A stretch of 64,000 nucleotides of DNA from Treponemataceae bacterium (GTDB taxonomy: Bacteria > Spirochaetota > Spirochaetia > Treponematales > Rectinemataceae), in assembly GCA_963677895.2 (NCBI GenBank), contig CAXXGJ010000012.1:32001-96000 (forward strand), read 5' to 3'. Made by a program: the position numbers and the translations under genes. The notes beneath the pieces are model-generated. The model saw only the letters and a program-made list of their open reading frames with translations, was not told the origin of the DNA and did not search any database. Position 1 is the stretch's first letter. Each line of letters starts with the position of its first letter. Positions 10,203 through 20,071 of the stretch are shown in pieces.

Positions 10203-10393
10203 ATTCTGTCCTTCCGGGCTGTATGTCCCGCGGTTGCCGCGGTCAGGGCGCGTCTGCAGCCTGCCGACCCGATTGCATTTATACTATAATCAAATAATGT
10301 GGTGAGTGGCAATCGCCCTTCCGTCCCGCTATCGATTGAATCCTTGGGCTTTCTTCGGTATCATGGGAAAATCATGGAAAAAATGGAGGGATC

Positions 10394-11248
10394 ATGACTG
10401 CTTTCAAGGCTTTGCTCCTCGGGCTCATCCAGGGTATAGCGGAATTTCTGCCCATTTCCTCGAGCGGTCATCTGGAATTGTTCAAGAACATTCTCGGACT
10501 GACCGAAGTCCCGATTCTCTTCGACGTGATCCTCCATATAGCGACGCTTTTCGCCGTCGTCGCCGTCATGTGGAAAAGAATTCTCGCCATTTTCGTCGCC
10601 CTGTGGGCATTCCTTTTCGGGAAGAAGGATGAAGCGAAGAAGGGGCTCTCGAAGACCCAGAAAAAGAAGGATGAAGAGCAGCGCGAAAACCTCGCTTTTG
10701 TCCTTCCAATCCTCATCGCCACCCTCATCACGGGCGTCCTGGGGATCCTGATCGAAAAAGTCCTCCTCGAGAAGGTCTCCTGGCTGAATGGCCCCCGGGC
10801 GGTCGCGGCGCGAATGCTCATCACCGCGCTCATCCTGGGACTTACCGCGCTGGTCAAGCCGGGCAATCGGGGTCCGGCGGCGATAGGGAAGGGCAGGGCC
10901 GCCTTCATCGGCCTGGCTCAGGGGATCGGCGTTTTTTCCGGCATCAGCCGATCGGGCATCACGATCTCCGCGGGGCTCTTCGCCGGTCTCGACCGGGGGA
11001 CAGCGGGCGAATTTTCCTTTCTCCTTTCGATTCCCGCCATCCTGGGAGCCTTTGTCCTCACCATCGGAGATATCGGCGGCATGCTTAATACGGTCTCCTA
11101 CGGCCAGCTGGCCTTGGCCTTCATGGCGGCCTTCCTCTCCGGAATGGCGGCTCTCAAGATTCTCATCAAAATCATCAAAGGCGGGAAAATTTACTGGTTC
11201 GCCCCCTATCTCGTCATCGTCGGCATCCTGGGGCTTATCCTGGGTTGA
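10394..11248 (+). CDS. uppP: Undecaprenyl-diphosphate phosphatase
   Basis: QGIAEFLPISSSGHL and GISRSGITI motifs. Confidence 0.95.
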   Translation: MTAFKALLLGLIQGIAEFLPISSSGHLELFKNILGLTEVPILFDVILHIATLFAVVAVMWKRILAIFVALWAFLFGKKDEAKKGLSKTQKKKDEEQRENLAFVLPILIATLITGVLGILIEKVLLEKVSWLNGPRAVAARMLITALILGLTALVKPGNRGPAAIGKGRAAFIGLAQGIGVFSGISRSGITISAGLFAGLDRGTAGEFSFLLSIPAILGAFVLTIGDIGGMLNTVSYGQLALAFMAAFLSGMAALKILIKIIKGGKIYWFAPYLVIVGILGLILG

Positions 11249-11308
11249 TGCTTCGGCATCCTGTCTTTGCCCGATTTTCTCTGAAATGAAAGCGCGAAAC
11301 TGCCGATA

Positions 11309-13951
11309 ATGAAAAATGGCCTCATGGCGCTTAATGGAGAATTCATGGCAAAGTCTCAGGATTCGGCAAATACCGATAAAAATATTCATGGCGAAGGGCA
11401 GAACCCCAAAGCTGCCGTCGTGATCGCGTCCAAACCCAATAAAGCCCCCGCGAAAAAGACCGAGAGCGGCAAGAATGGGGTTGGGCGCGGCGCGAAGTCC
11501 TCCCTTTTTGGGACTCCGGGAAGCAAGGTCGGCTTAGTTTTTTTCGCGATCGCCGGATACCTTCTTCTCACGATCAGCTTGTCTTATTATTGGCCCGCCG
11601 GATGGGACCCCCTCGTGGCTCCTGGACTTTTCCTTACGGACGCTTTTTCCTGGGCCGCTTTCTATCTGCCGGTCTGCTGCGTTTTCGCGGCCGCGCTCGC
11701 CCTGCTTCCCGCATTTCATCCTCGCCTTACTTACCTTCTCGCTTCATCGGTCCTTCCCTTCCTCGTCGCGGCGGGTTTTGCGCGCATTTCGACCGAGCCG
11801 GGAGCTTTTTTCGAAAATCACCCCATATTCGCCGCGGTCGGCATTTCCTCACTCTACGCGGGGCTTGGTTTTCTGTTCGCAGCCTCGCTGGCCGCCGTCA
11901 TATTCGGCTTCGTGAAGCTGAGCGCGTGGATGCGGGCGACCGGCATGATAGTCGAGGCCAAGGCTTCGCGGACCAAGGCTAAGAAAGAGCGCTCTTTATG
12001 GACCAACCTTCAAGCGCGTTTTCGACAGTGGCTGCAGGACAGGAAGGAAAAGCGTTCCCAGGCCGAGATACGTCTGCGTACGGCCCAGTCCATAGCCTCG
12101 GAGCCTTTCGACGTCGATCTGCCCGAGCTGCCGCCGCTGGCGGGCCTGAGGGCGGGCAGAAAGGCCGGGATGGAAGAAGAAAAAACGAGCATGGCGGACG
12201 AGAGGGCGGGAATGGCTATCTTCGCGATGGCGGCGCCCGTTCCGGCCGCTCAGGCTGTGTCGACGGTTCAGGCCGCTCCTTCCGTCCAGAGCGCGGCGGC
12301 CGCCATCCAGCCCCCCCAATCCACCCTGGACGCGAGCGGCAAGGTCATCGAGTTCACCTCGGTGCCGCCTCAAGCCGTTTCGGGAGGCGGCGTCGCCGAC
12401 GACGCGGAGAAAAAAGCGCTCGTGCAGCGCATACTCGAGCGGAAGAAAAAAACCTACGCGGTTCCCATAGACGGCATCCTCAACACCTATCCCGACGGGC
12501 AGTACTGGGTTATCGACGAAAAAACGAAGCGGAACGCCGAAGTGCTGCGGGAGACGCTCGCCGAGTTCAATATCGAAGCCGAGGTGACGGGGATAAGGAA
12601 AGGTCCCGTCATCACCATGTACGAGATACTTCCCGCGCACGGCGTGAAAATTTCCAAGATCACCAACCTCTCCGACAATATCGCCCTCAGGCTCGCGGCT
12701 TCCAGCGTGCGTATCGTCGCTCCCATACCGGGCAAGCATGCCGTCGGCATCGAGGTGCCGAACGAGAGGCGCGCCATCGTCTCCCTGCGCGAGATCATCG
12801 AGAACGAAACGTTCAGGACCTCGAAAATGGAGATACCCTATGCCCTCGGCAAGAATATCTCCGGCGAGGTGCAGTTCAGCGATCTCACCCAGATGCCCCA
12901 TCTTCTCATCGCGGGCGCCACGGGCTCGGGCAAATCGGTCTGCGTCAACGCCATAATCCTTTCCATTCTGTACAGGCGCACTCCCGAGGAAGTGAAGCTT
13001 ATCCTCATAGACCCCAAGATCGTCGAGCTCAAGCTTTACAACGGGATTCCCCACCTCCTCACTCCCGTGGTGACCGATCCGAAGCGCGCGTTCCAGGCGC
13101 TGCAGTATTGCATCTGCGAGATGGAACGACGTTATCTGATACTGGACAAGGCGGGAGTGCGCGACATCAAGTCATACAACAAGCGCGTCAAGGAAAGAGA
13201 CCTCGCGCAGGAAAAACTTCCGTATATCGTCGTCATCGTCGACGAGTTCGCCGATCTTATGGCCACGACCGGCAAGGAACTGGAAGCCACGCTCGCCAGA
13301 CTCGCCGCCATGTCGCGCGCCGTGGGCATCCATCTCGTGCTGGCGACCCAGCGCCCCAGCATCGACGTCATCACTGGACTTATAAAGGCCAACATTCCGT
13401 CGCGCATCGCCTTCATGGTCGCCAGCAAGTTCGACAGCCGCATCATCATAGACATGGTCGGAGCGGAGAAGCTTCTCGGACGCGGCGACATGCTCTATTC
13501 GGGAGCCCAGGATCCTTTCCCCGTGCGCATGCAGGGAGCCTTTGTCTCGGAGGAGGAAGTGGAGCGCGCGGTAGCCCATGTGAAGACGTTAGGCGAACCC
13601 GAATATATCGACGACGAGATTTTCTACGACGAGGAAGAGGAAAACGCCGAACCGGGACTTTTCGATGACGGGGAGGGGGATCCTCTTTTCGAGAAAGCTC
13701 TCGAGATCGTTCTGCAGCAAGGCAAGGCCAGCGCCTCGTTCATACAGCGCAGGCTGAAAATCGGCTACAACCGTTCGGCCCGCCTTGTGGAACTTATGGA
13801 AGAAAGGGGAATTGTCGGCCCATCCCAGGGCTCCAAGCCCAGGGACGTTCTGCGGAACCCTGAATTCTTCGGCGGTCACGCCGACGCGGGCAAGTCTCCC
13901 ATGGAAAGGAAACCGGAATCAGGCGAGGCCGATGAATCCGGCGCGACTTAG
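11309..13951 (+). CDS. ftsK: DNA translocase FtsK (start may be 11345)
   Basis: N-terminal TM region; PHLLIAGATGSGKS; VDEFADLM; ATQRPS; gamma domain SASFIQRRLKIGYNRSARL. Confidence 0.97.
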   Translation: MKNGLMALNGEFMAKSQDSANTDKNIHGEGQNPKAAVVIASKPNKAPAKKTESGKNGVGRGAKSSLFGTPGSKVGLVFFAIAGYLLLTISLSYYWPAGWDPLVAPGLFLTDAFSWAAFYLPVCCVFAAALALLPAFHPRLTYLLASSVLPFLVAAGFARISTEPGAFFENHPIFAAVGISSLYAGLGFLFAASLAAVIFGFVKLSAWMRATGMIVEAKASRTKAKKERSLWTNLQARFRQWLQDRKEKRSQAEIRLRTAQSIASEPFDVDLPELPPLAGLRAGRKAGMEEEKTSMADERAGMAIFAMAAPVPAAQAVSTVQAAPSVQSAAAAIQPPQSTLDASGKVIEFTSVPPQAVSGGGVADDAEKKALVQRILERKKKTYAVPIDGILNTYPDGQYWVIDEKTKRNAEVLRETLAEFNIEAEVTGIRKGPVITMYEILPAHGVKISKITNLSDNIALRLAASSVRIVAPIPGKHAVGIEVPNERRAIVSLREIIENETFRTSKMEIPYALGKNISGEVQFSDLTQMPHLLIAGATGSGKSVCVNAIILSILYRRTPEEVKLILIDPKIVELKLYNGIPHLLTPVVTDPKRAFQALQYCICEMERRYLILDKAGVRDIKSYNKRVKERDLAQEKLPYIVVIVDEFADLMATTGKELEATLARLAAMSRAVGIHLVLATQRPSIDVITGLIKANIPSRIAFMVASKFDSRIIIDMVGAEKLLGRGDMLYSGAQDPFPVRMQGAFVSEEEVERAVAHVKTLGEPEYIDDEIFYDEEEENAEPGLFDDGEGDPLFEKALEIVLQQGKASASFIQRRLKIGYNRSARLVELMEERGIVGPSQGSKPRDVLRNPEFFGGHADAGKSPMERKPESGEADESGAT

Positions 13952-14430
13952 GAATCGGCCAGACTCTGGGCCCATGCTTCGATCCTGTTCCAGTCGCGCA
14001 TGTCGAAGGGTTGATCGTCCGAGATTCCGAAAATGAAGCGGGCGAATCCGGGAAGCTTTCCCGGGAGACGTCCTCCGAAAATTTCTATCGATGAGGGATT
14101 CACCTTAGCCTGTAAACGGGCTTTCTCTTTCCGTATCGCGCGTTTCCAGATCTCCCTGCCTTTTTCGTACATATATGAAACGATGAAGATATCGACCGGA
14201 ATGCCCTTGCCCGCTATTGTTCCGTCGAGGAAGGCGGAAAACTCGGGAAGCACCTTCATGCCGTTGACCGGACTTCCCAGGATGATCCTGTCGTAGCCGC
14301 GAATGTCGGGCGCCGATCCGATCGCCGCGACATCCACCTCGATGCCGCGGCCTTCCAGAATTTTTCCTACGCGTTGCGCGATTTCTTCTGTCGTTCCCGT
14401 TTTCGAAACATAGCAGACCAGATACTTCAT
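13948..14430 (-). CDS. Flavodoxin-domain protein (HemG-like)
   Basis: YVSKTGTTEEIA FMN loop; C-terminal DMRDWNRIEAWA. Confidence 0.85.
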   Translation of the reverse strand: MKYLVCYVSKTGTTEEIAQRVGKILEGRGIEVDVAAIGSAPDIRGYDRIILGSPVNGMKVLPEFSAFLDGTIAGKGIPVDIFIVSYMYEKGREIWKRAIRKEKARLQAKVNPSSIEIFGGRLPGKLPGFARFIFGISDDQPFDMRDWNRIEAWAQSLADS

Positions 14431-14480
14431 CGTTCCCCCTTGGGCGGCGCCGCAGCTGCCGCCGTTAAGAAACTTGATTT

Positions 14481-15404
14481 TTAAACCTTGAGCCCTAATT
14501 TCGCGCGCATCGCGTTTTCCATCCGGATGATGCTTTCTACTTCATGGACTGCGTTTTCGTTAAAATCGGCGGCATTCTTGGATCTGGTAACTAAGGACAT
14601 GGGGATGCCCGTCGCGTTCATGTGATATTTCGCGCAGGTGGGGTATGTCCTCATCTCAACGATGGCCGACACCGTGAGGAAGTCGCTCACTTCCCTCGCC
14701 AGCTTCGGTTCCCGGGCGAAATGCGTGTACATCCATTTGTAGAGATCGATGTGGAAGTTAGCCATGACGCCGTTATAGCCGTCGTAGCCGGCGATGAGCG
14801 AATCGAGCAACGTCGAGGTGTTGGCGTTGAACAGGGAGAGTTTACTTCCCTTCACGATGTCTACGCGTCTGTTCAGGATTTCATTGGCGCAGGACACGTC
14901 CTTGAGGAAAACCATCCGTCCTTTCGCGGCGCAGTCGGCGAGGAAGTCATCAGAGCAGAGGCGCCGATAGGGGTAGGGGCATTCGTACATGCCGAAGGTC
15001 ACGTCCGGCAGCTGGGCGAAAATGCGATCCGCGCTCGCGCGGAAAACTTCCTCGCCCTCGTTTTCCTTGGCGAGACGGTTGCTCACGAGCACGACGGCGT
15101 CGACGCCGGTCTGCGCCATGCGTCCCAGTTCGTCGATCTGCTTCGCGGGATCGTCGGCGGTGTGGCCTGAGGCGATGACCTTGATCCTGCCCGCGGCCGC
15201 TTCGCGGACCGCGGTGGCGATGTCCAGTTTTTCCCTTTCGCTCAGGAAGAACATTTCGCTCGATTGGCAGACGGCGAAGATGCCATCGCTGCCTCGTTCG
15301 ACGTACCATTCGACCATCGCGTCGATGGCCTTGAAGTCCACGCGGTTGTCCGCGGTGAAGGGCGTGATCATTGTCGGCCAACAGCCGTGATATTCCTTAT
15401 GCAT
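14481..15404 (-). CDS. DHDPS/N-acetylneuraminate lyase-family aldolase or dehydratase
   Basis: PTMITPF, GIFAVCQSSE, MYECPYP, Schiff-base Lys in FLKDVS. Confidence 0.88.
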   Translation of the reverse strand: MHKEYHGCWPTMITPFTADNRVDFKAIDAMVEWYVERGSDGIFAVCQSSEMFFLSEREKLDIATAVREAAAGRIKVIASGHTADDPAKQIDELGRMAQTGVDAVVLVSNRLAKENEGEEVFRASADRIFAQLPDVTFGMYECPYPYRRLCSDDFLADCAAKGRMVFLKDVSCANEILNRRVDIVKGSKLSLFNANTSTLLDSLIAGYDGYNGVMANFHIDLYKWMYTHFAREPKLAREVSDFLTVSAIVEMRTYPTCAKYHMNATGIPMSLVTRSKNAADFNENAVHEVESIIRMENAMRAKLGLKV

Positions 15405-15413
15405 TGATATCTC

Positions 15414-16706
15414 CTATTTGAGCAAACCCGCGGCCCTGGGCAGGAAGAGCACCGTGTCCGGGATGTAGGTTATGATGAAGAGCACGATGATCATCGCGAT
15501 GAGCGGCCACATTATCTCTTTGACGATATCCTTCAGCGGCGTGCCGGAAATCGATGAGGTTATGAAAAGCAGCATGCCGAAAGGCGGCGTGGAGAGACCT
15601 ATCATCATGTTGAAGGTGACGACGAGGCCGAAGTGGACCATGTCAATGCCCAGAGCCCTCGCCACCGGGAAGAGGATGGGGACGAAGATGAGCTGGATCG
15701 TGGAGGTGTCGATAAACATGCCGAGCAGCAGGATTACTATGTTCACGAGAAAAAGGAAGAAATACTTGTTGTCCGAAATGCCCATTATCCACGTGGCGAG
15801 GCCGGTGGAAATATCTTCCCTGGCGACGACGTAGGAGATTATCGCGGCGGCACCTATGATGATGCTGGTCGAGCCCACGTCCTGGATGGTGGTTTTCACC
15901 ACGCCCCAGAATTCCTTCAGGCTCAGCGACTTATAGGCGAAAATGGAGATCAGGATGGCGTAGGTGCCCGCTACGGCGCCCGCTTCCGTCGGCGTCATGA
16001 TGCCGGTGTATATTCCGGTGAGCAGGAGCACGGGCGTGAGCAGGGAGGGAATGGCTTGAATGGTCAGCGCAATGAAGGCTCTCAGCTTGAACTGCGGGCC
16101 GCGGGGATAATTCCTCACCTTGGAGATGATGGCGACGTAAATCATGAGGGCGACGGTCAGAAGGATAGCGGGGACCATGCCTCCCATGAAGAGGGCGCCC
16201 ACCGAAGTGCCTGAAAGCATCGCGTAGATGACGAGGGGAATGCTCGGGGGGAAAATCGGGCCTAGCGTGGCCGACGCGGAGGTGATGGCGCAGGAGAAGG
16301 CGTCGTCGAAGCCGTTCGATTTCATCGCGGCGAGCTCGATCTTGCCCAAGCCCGCGGCGTCGGCGATGGCCGATCCCGTCATGCCGGAGAAAATCAGCGA
16401 ACCGAGAATGTTCACTTGCCCGAGCGCTCCGCGCATTCTGCCGCACAACGCGTTGGCGAAGTTGAAAATCATGTCGGTCACCTTTCCCGAGTTCATAACG
16501 TTCGCGGTGAACATGAACAGGGGAACGGCGATGATGACGTAGTTCGTATAGTAGGTGTTGACGATCTGATTGGCGACGAGGCCCAGGTCCTGCCCCTTGA
16601 TGAGCAGATAGGCCACGGCCGAGGAAATCATGCCCAGCGCGATAGGCATCCTGAGCAGGAAAATGAGGACGAATATTATCAAAGCCACGAGAAGTGCTAT
16701 GCTCAT
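15414..16706 (-). CDS. TRAP transporter large permease (DctM)
   Basis: IAVPLFMFTANVM, SGMTGSAIADAA, PIFPPSIP, TPTEAG, TPPFG. Confidence 0.95.
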   Translation of the reverse strand: MSIALLVALIIFVLIFLLRMPIALGMISSAVAYLLIKGQDLGLVANQIVNTYYTNYVIIAVPLFMFTANVMNSGKVTDMIFNFANALCGRMRGALGQVNILGSLIFSGMTGSAIADAAGLGKIELAAMKSNGFDDAFSCAITSASATLGPIFPPSIPLVIYAMLSGTSVGALFMGGMVPAILLTVALMIYVAIISKVRNYPRGPQFKLRAFIALTIQAIPSLLTPVLLLTGIYTGIMTPTEAGAVAGTYAILISIFAYKSLSLKEFWGVVKTTIQDVGSTSIIIGAAAIISYVVAREDISTGLATWIMGISDNKYFFLFLVNIVILLLGMFIDTSTIQLIFVPILFPVARALGIDMVHFGLVVTFNMMIGLSTPPFGMLLFITSSISGTPLKDIVKEIMWPLIAMIIVLFIITYIPDTVLFLPRAAGLLK

Positions 16707-17221
16707 TTGGTCGGGTCCTCCTGGGCGTGATCCCTGCTATCCGCTAATTTCCCGCGCAGAATGTTGACGTCCTCGATTATCTCCGCGATCGTATAGCCGA
16801 TGACGGTCAGCAGAAAATAGACGAAAGGGATGAAAAAGTAGGTATAGTTGACTCGCAGCACCGCGGTTTTCTGAAAATAGAGAAAGAACGCGTACTTCCA
16901 CGAGGGCACGACGAGAATGGCGAAGGTGACGACAATGATGAGGTCGCCGACAAGTCTGGTCAGCGCCGCGGCGCGGGGCTTGAGCAGATCGTACAACATC
17001 GTGAACTTGACGTGCCTGCCTGCCCGCATCGTGTAGCAGGCGCCGAAAAGCACTGTCCATACGAATCCGATGACGATGATGTCCTGCGTCCAGGTAAGGG
17101 GAAGATTCAATACATAGCGGGAAAAGACCTGGACGACGAAAGAGAAAAACATCGCGAGAAAGGCGACGGCCGGTATATATATCTCGAAAATGTTTCTCGC
17201 GAGATGCAATAATTTTTTCAC
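16703..17221 (-). CDS. TRAP transporter small permease (DctQ)
   Basis: QVFSRYVLNLPLTWTQD motif; four TM segments; lies between DctP and DctM genes. Confidence 0.9.
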   Translation of the reverse strand: MKKLLHLARNIFEIYIPAVAFLAMFFSFVVQVFSRYVLNLPLTWTQDIIVIGFVWTVLFGACYTMRAGRHVKFTMLYDLLKPRAAALTRLVGDLIIVVTFAILVVPSWKYAFFLYFQKTAVLRVNYTYFFIPFVYFLLTVIGYTIAEIIEDVNILRGKLADSRDHAQEDPTK

Positions 17222-17239
17222 GTATTTCCTCCGGGAACC

Positions 17240-17281
17240 GGTGAAAGGGAAAATCGCGATTTCGCGATTTTCCCTTTCACC
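17240..17281. other. Perfect 20-bp inverted repeat (intercistronic stem-loop) after dctP
   Basis: GGTGAAAGGGAAAATCGCGA-TT-TCGCGATTTTCCCTTTCACC. Confidence 0.85.
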
Positions 17282-17305
17282 TCAAGGTTCGCGAAAATCA
17301 GGATG

Positions 17306-18301
17306 TTATTTCGCGGCGTCCTGGATTCTCTTGAAGAGATCCATGTCCCATTTCTTGGCGTATGGGGAATTGAGATACTGGTCGAGTACATGCGTGCTGA
17401 ATGCGTCGATGTCTGCCTTGTAGACCTTGAGACCGGCCTTCTCGAAGAACGCGACGAGTTCGGCTTCCGCTTTCAGGTTCGTTTCGTCGCAGTACTTGAT
17501 GCCCGCTTTTACGCCTTCCATGACCCAGCCCTTCTGCTGGTCGGTCAGGGATTGCCACTTGGCCTCGTTGATGGCCGGCCACACGGAGTCGACGATATGG
17601 TTCGTAATGGTGATGGACTTCGTCACTTCGTAGAATTTCGCGTTCTTGGTGCTGGGCAGGGGATTGTCCTGTCCGTCGACGGTCTTGGTCTGAAGCGCCA
17701 TGTACAGTTCCGAGAAGGAAATGGGCGTGGGATTGGCGCCGAGGGCCTTTCCGAGGAAGATCCAGGAGTCGGAATTGGGCATTCTGAGCTTTACGCCCTT
17801 GAGATCGTCCGGGGTCTTGATCCATACGTCCTTGACCATGTTGAGCTGGCGGGTGCCGAGATACTGGGCGCCGAGGGGACGGATGCCCTGTTCCTTGGCC
17901 ACGCGTTCGAATGCCTGCTTGCCGATCTCGCCGTTGAGCACTTTGGTCATGTGGTCATAGCTCTTGAACATGTAGCCGGCCGTGAACATCGAAAGCCAGG
18001 GCGAACCATCGGTGAGCCAGGGGGCGGCGGTCGCGGTGATGTCCGCCTGTCCGGACTTGACGGCCGAGACTTCCTGTTCCTGCTTGAAGAGCGAGGCGGA
18101 ATCGTAGGTCTTGACCTTGATGTTTCCGGCGGAAACTCTCTCGACTACTTCCTTGAAAACCTTCATCGCCCCGGCGTGGGCATCCGTGGGCACAGCGGTC
18201 ATGGTATAGACGAGTTCCACCGGCTTGTTTTTGGCGGCTTGGGCAAAAACCGCATTGCCCGCCAACGCGAGGACCAAGAGCGCGATCATCAGCTTTTTCA
18301 T
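17306..18301 (-). CDS. TRAP substrate-binding protein (DctP/SiaP-like)
   Basis: Signal peptide MKKLMIALL after AGGAGG; DLKGVKLRMP; ALQTKTVDGQDNP. Confidence 0.95.
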   Translation of the reverse strand: MKKLMIALLVLALAGNAVFAQAAKNKPVELVYTMTAVPTDAHAGAMKVFKEVVERVSAGNIKVKTYDSASLFKQEQEVSAVKSGQADITATAAPWLTDGSPWLSMFTAGYMFKSYDHMTKVLNGEIGKQAFERVAKEQGIRPLGAQYLGTRQLNMVKDVWIKTPDDLKGVKLRMPNSDSWIFLGKALGANPTPISFSELYMALQTKTVDGQDNPLPSTKNAKFYEVTKSITITNHIVDSVWPAINEAKWQSLTDQQKGWVMEGVKAGIKYCDETNLKAEAELVAFFEKAGLKVYKADIDAFSTHVLDQYLNSPYAKKWDMDLFKRIQDAAK

Positions 18302-18340
18302 CGTGACTCCTCCTAAAAACATATTGCTTGGGGCGGCGCC

Positions 18341-19093
18341 TTAGGCGTCCGCCCTCTCGGAACCATAGTGAAGTGTAAACCATTCGACATTCTGGCGCGA
18401 GACTTTAAGATGATTTCGCATCGCCGCCTCGGCCACATCCGGATCGCGGCTCTTGATGGCATCCATTATCAGCGCGTGTCGCATCATGCCGTCGGCTTTG
18501 GCTCCCGGCGTATGAATGGTCTTCCTGATGAATTTGCGGATGAGCACGGTCATGGCTTCGACCAGCATTCCGAGGAGTTTATTCTTGCTGGCCTTGGCCA
18601 TGGCTATATGGAAGTCGGTATCCATGCGAATTATCGCGTCGTCGTCCTGCAGGTTTACCTTCATGGCGTCGAGGATGGACTGCATTCGTTCCATGTCCGA
18701 AGCATCGGCATATTCCGCGGCAAGACGGCAGGCGGCGATTTCGAGGATTCCTCGCACGCTGAAGATTTCATCGTCGCTGATATTGTCCATGAGGATCATG
18801 CGGCTCACCACGCTCGATATCGCGTCGGGACGCGGCTTCGTCAAATATGAACCTTCGCCCGTGCGCTGTTCGATGAGGCCCCGTTCCTTCACCAGTTTGA
18901 GCGCCTCGCGGATGACCGTTCGGCTGACGCCGAACTTTACCGCGAGAGCCTGTTCGGAAGGAAGTTTGTCCTCGCCGCGCGAATCCCCCACCGCAAGCGC
19001 GCTGACGCCCGTTTGAAGAATCGCGTTCTCCAGCGCGTCGGCGATTTGCTCATAAAGATTTGTGCGCTTGATCTCCCAATTCGGACTTTCCAC
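18341..19093 (-). CDS. GntR/FadR-family transcriptional regulator
   Basis: KLPSEQALAVKFGVSRTVIREALKL; FCD domain DTDFHIAMAKASKN. Confidence 0.95.
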   Translation of the reverse strand: MESPNWEIKRTNLYEQIADALENAILQTGVSALAVGDSRGEDKLPSEQALAVKFGVSRTVIREALKLVKERGLIEQRTGEGSYLTKPRPDAISSVVSRMILMDNISDDEIFSVRGILEIAACRLAAEYADASDMERMQSILDAMKVNLQDDDAIIRMDTDFHIAMAKASKNKLLGMLVEAMTVLIRKFIRKTIHTPGAKADGMMRHALIMDAIKSRDPDVAEAAMRNHLKVSRQNVEWFTLHYGSERADA

Positions 19094-19128
19094 GCCAGCC
19101 TTTCCTTTGATCGCTTCGATTGCATCTA

Positions 19129-19917
19129 TCAGTTCGACTGCCTACGGCAATCGCGGATGTAGTTCATCGTCTGCGCGGCACCCATCGCCATGAAGCTGAT
19201 GTCGTCGCCGCAGGATATGAAATCCACGCCCCGCTCCATCCACTCCCTGATGAACTTTCTGTCGCCCGGACCGATCGAGACGCCGCAGGGCTTGCCTTCC
19301 TGCTTGCAGATGCGGACGATCCTTTCATAGAGCGCGATGACCTCGGGATCCCCAAGGCGACCCAGTTTGCCTATGGAAGCGGAGAGATCGTTGGGGCCGA
19401 TGATGACGGCGTCGAGACCTTCGACGGCGAGAATTTCGCGCAGATTGTTCACCGCGTCGACATGCTCGATCTGGACGATCCTGAGAAAGGACTCGTCGGC
19501 CTTGGCCAGATATTCGTCCATGGGAATCATGCCGTAGCGTATCGCCCTTCTGGGGCCGAATCCGCGGACGCCCCTGGGAGGGTAGAGGCAGGCTTCGACC
19601 GCCTTCTTCGCTTCGCCAGCCGTGCAGACCATCGGGATTATGATGCCGTCTATGCCCATTTCGAGGACTGGCTTGATCAGGATCGGATCGTTGCCGGCCA
19701 CCCTGACGAAGGCTGCGGCGCCGGCGCCGTTCGCGGCCACTATATGGGCGAGCAGTTTTTCCTTGTCGAAAGGACCGTGCTCGGCGTCTATCCAGAGAAA
19801 GTCGTAGCCGAAACCGGCCATGGCTTCCGAGATGGAAGGATCGGTGAGGAAGACATGACCGCCGATGACGAGCTTTCCGCCGGCGAAGGCTTCCGAAATA
19901 GTTCTCGCTTTATCCAT
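19129..19917 (-). CDS. HpcH/HpaI-family class II aldolase
   Basis: GYDFLWIDAEHG, YPPRGVRG, VQIEH, IGPNDLS. Confidence 0.93.
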   Translation of the reverse strand: MDKARTISEAFAGGKLVIGGHVFLTDPSISEAMAGFGYDFLWIDAEHGPFDKEKLLAHIVAANGAGAAAFVRVAGNDPILIKPVLEMGIDGIIIPMVCTAGEAKKAVEACLYPPRGVRGFGPRRAIRYGMIPMDEYLAKADESFLRIVQIEHVDAVNNLREILAVEGLDAVIIGPNDLSASIGKLGRLGDPEVIALYERIVRICKQEGKPCGVSIGPGDRKFIREWMERGVDFISCGDDISFMAMGAAQTMNYIRDCRRQSN

Positions 19918-19952
19918 TTTTCGTTCTTTTCCTTGAGCGAACCATCTTGTAT

Positions 19953-19998
19953 ACCTGTACTACAGGTTGATGCTATCACCGCTTCGCGATTGTGTCAA
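19953..19998 (-). promoter_or_regulatory. Sigma70 promoter with FadR-type operator for the aldolase-GntR-TRAP operon
   Basis: Minus strand TTGACA(19998-19993)-N17-TAGCAT(19975-19970) with extended TGn; palindrome ACCTGTA-C-TACAGGT at 19953-19967. Confidence 0.7.
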
Positions 19999-20071
19999 AT
20001 TTTTTTTTGTTGGCGGAGCCCGGCAAACATCCGTCTTTACATTCTCTCGAATCGCCCTTTATTATGGATCC

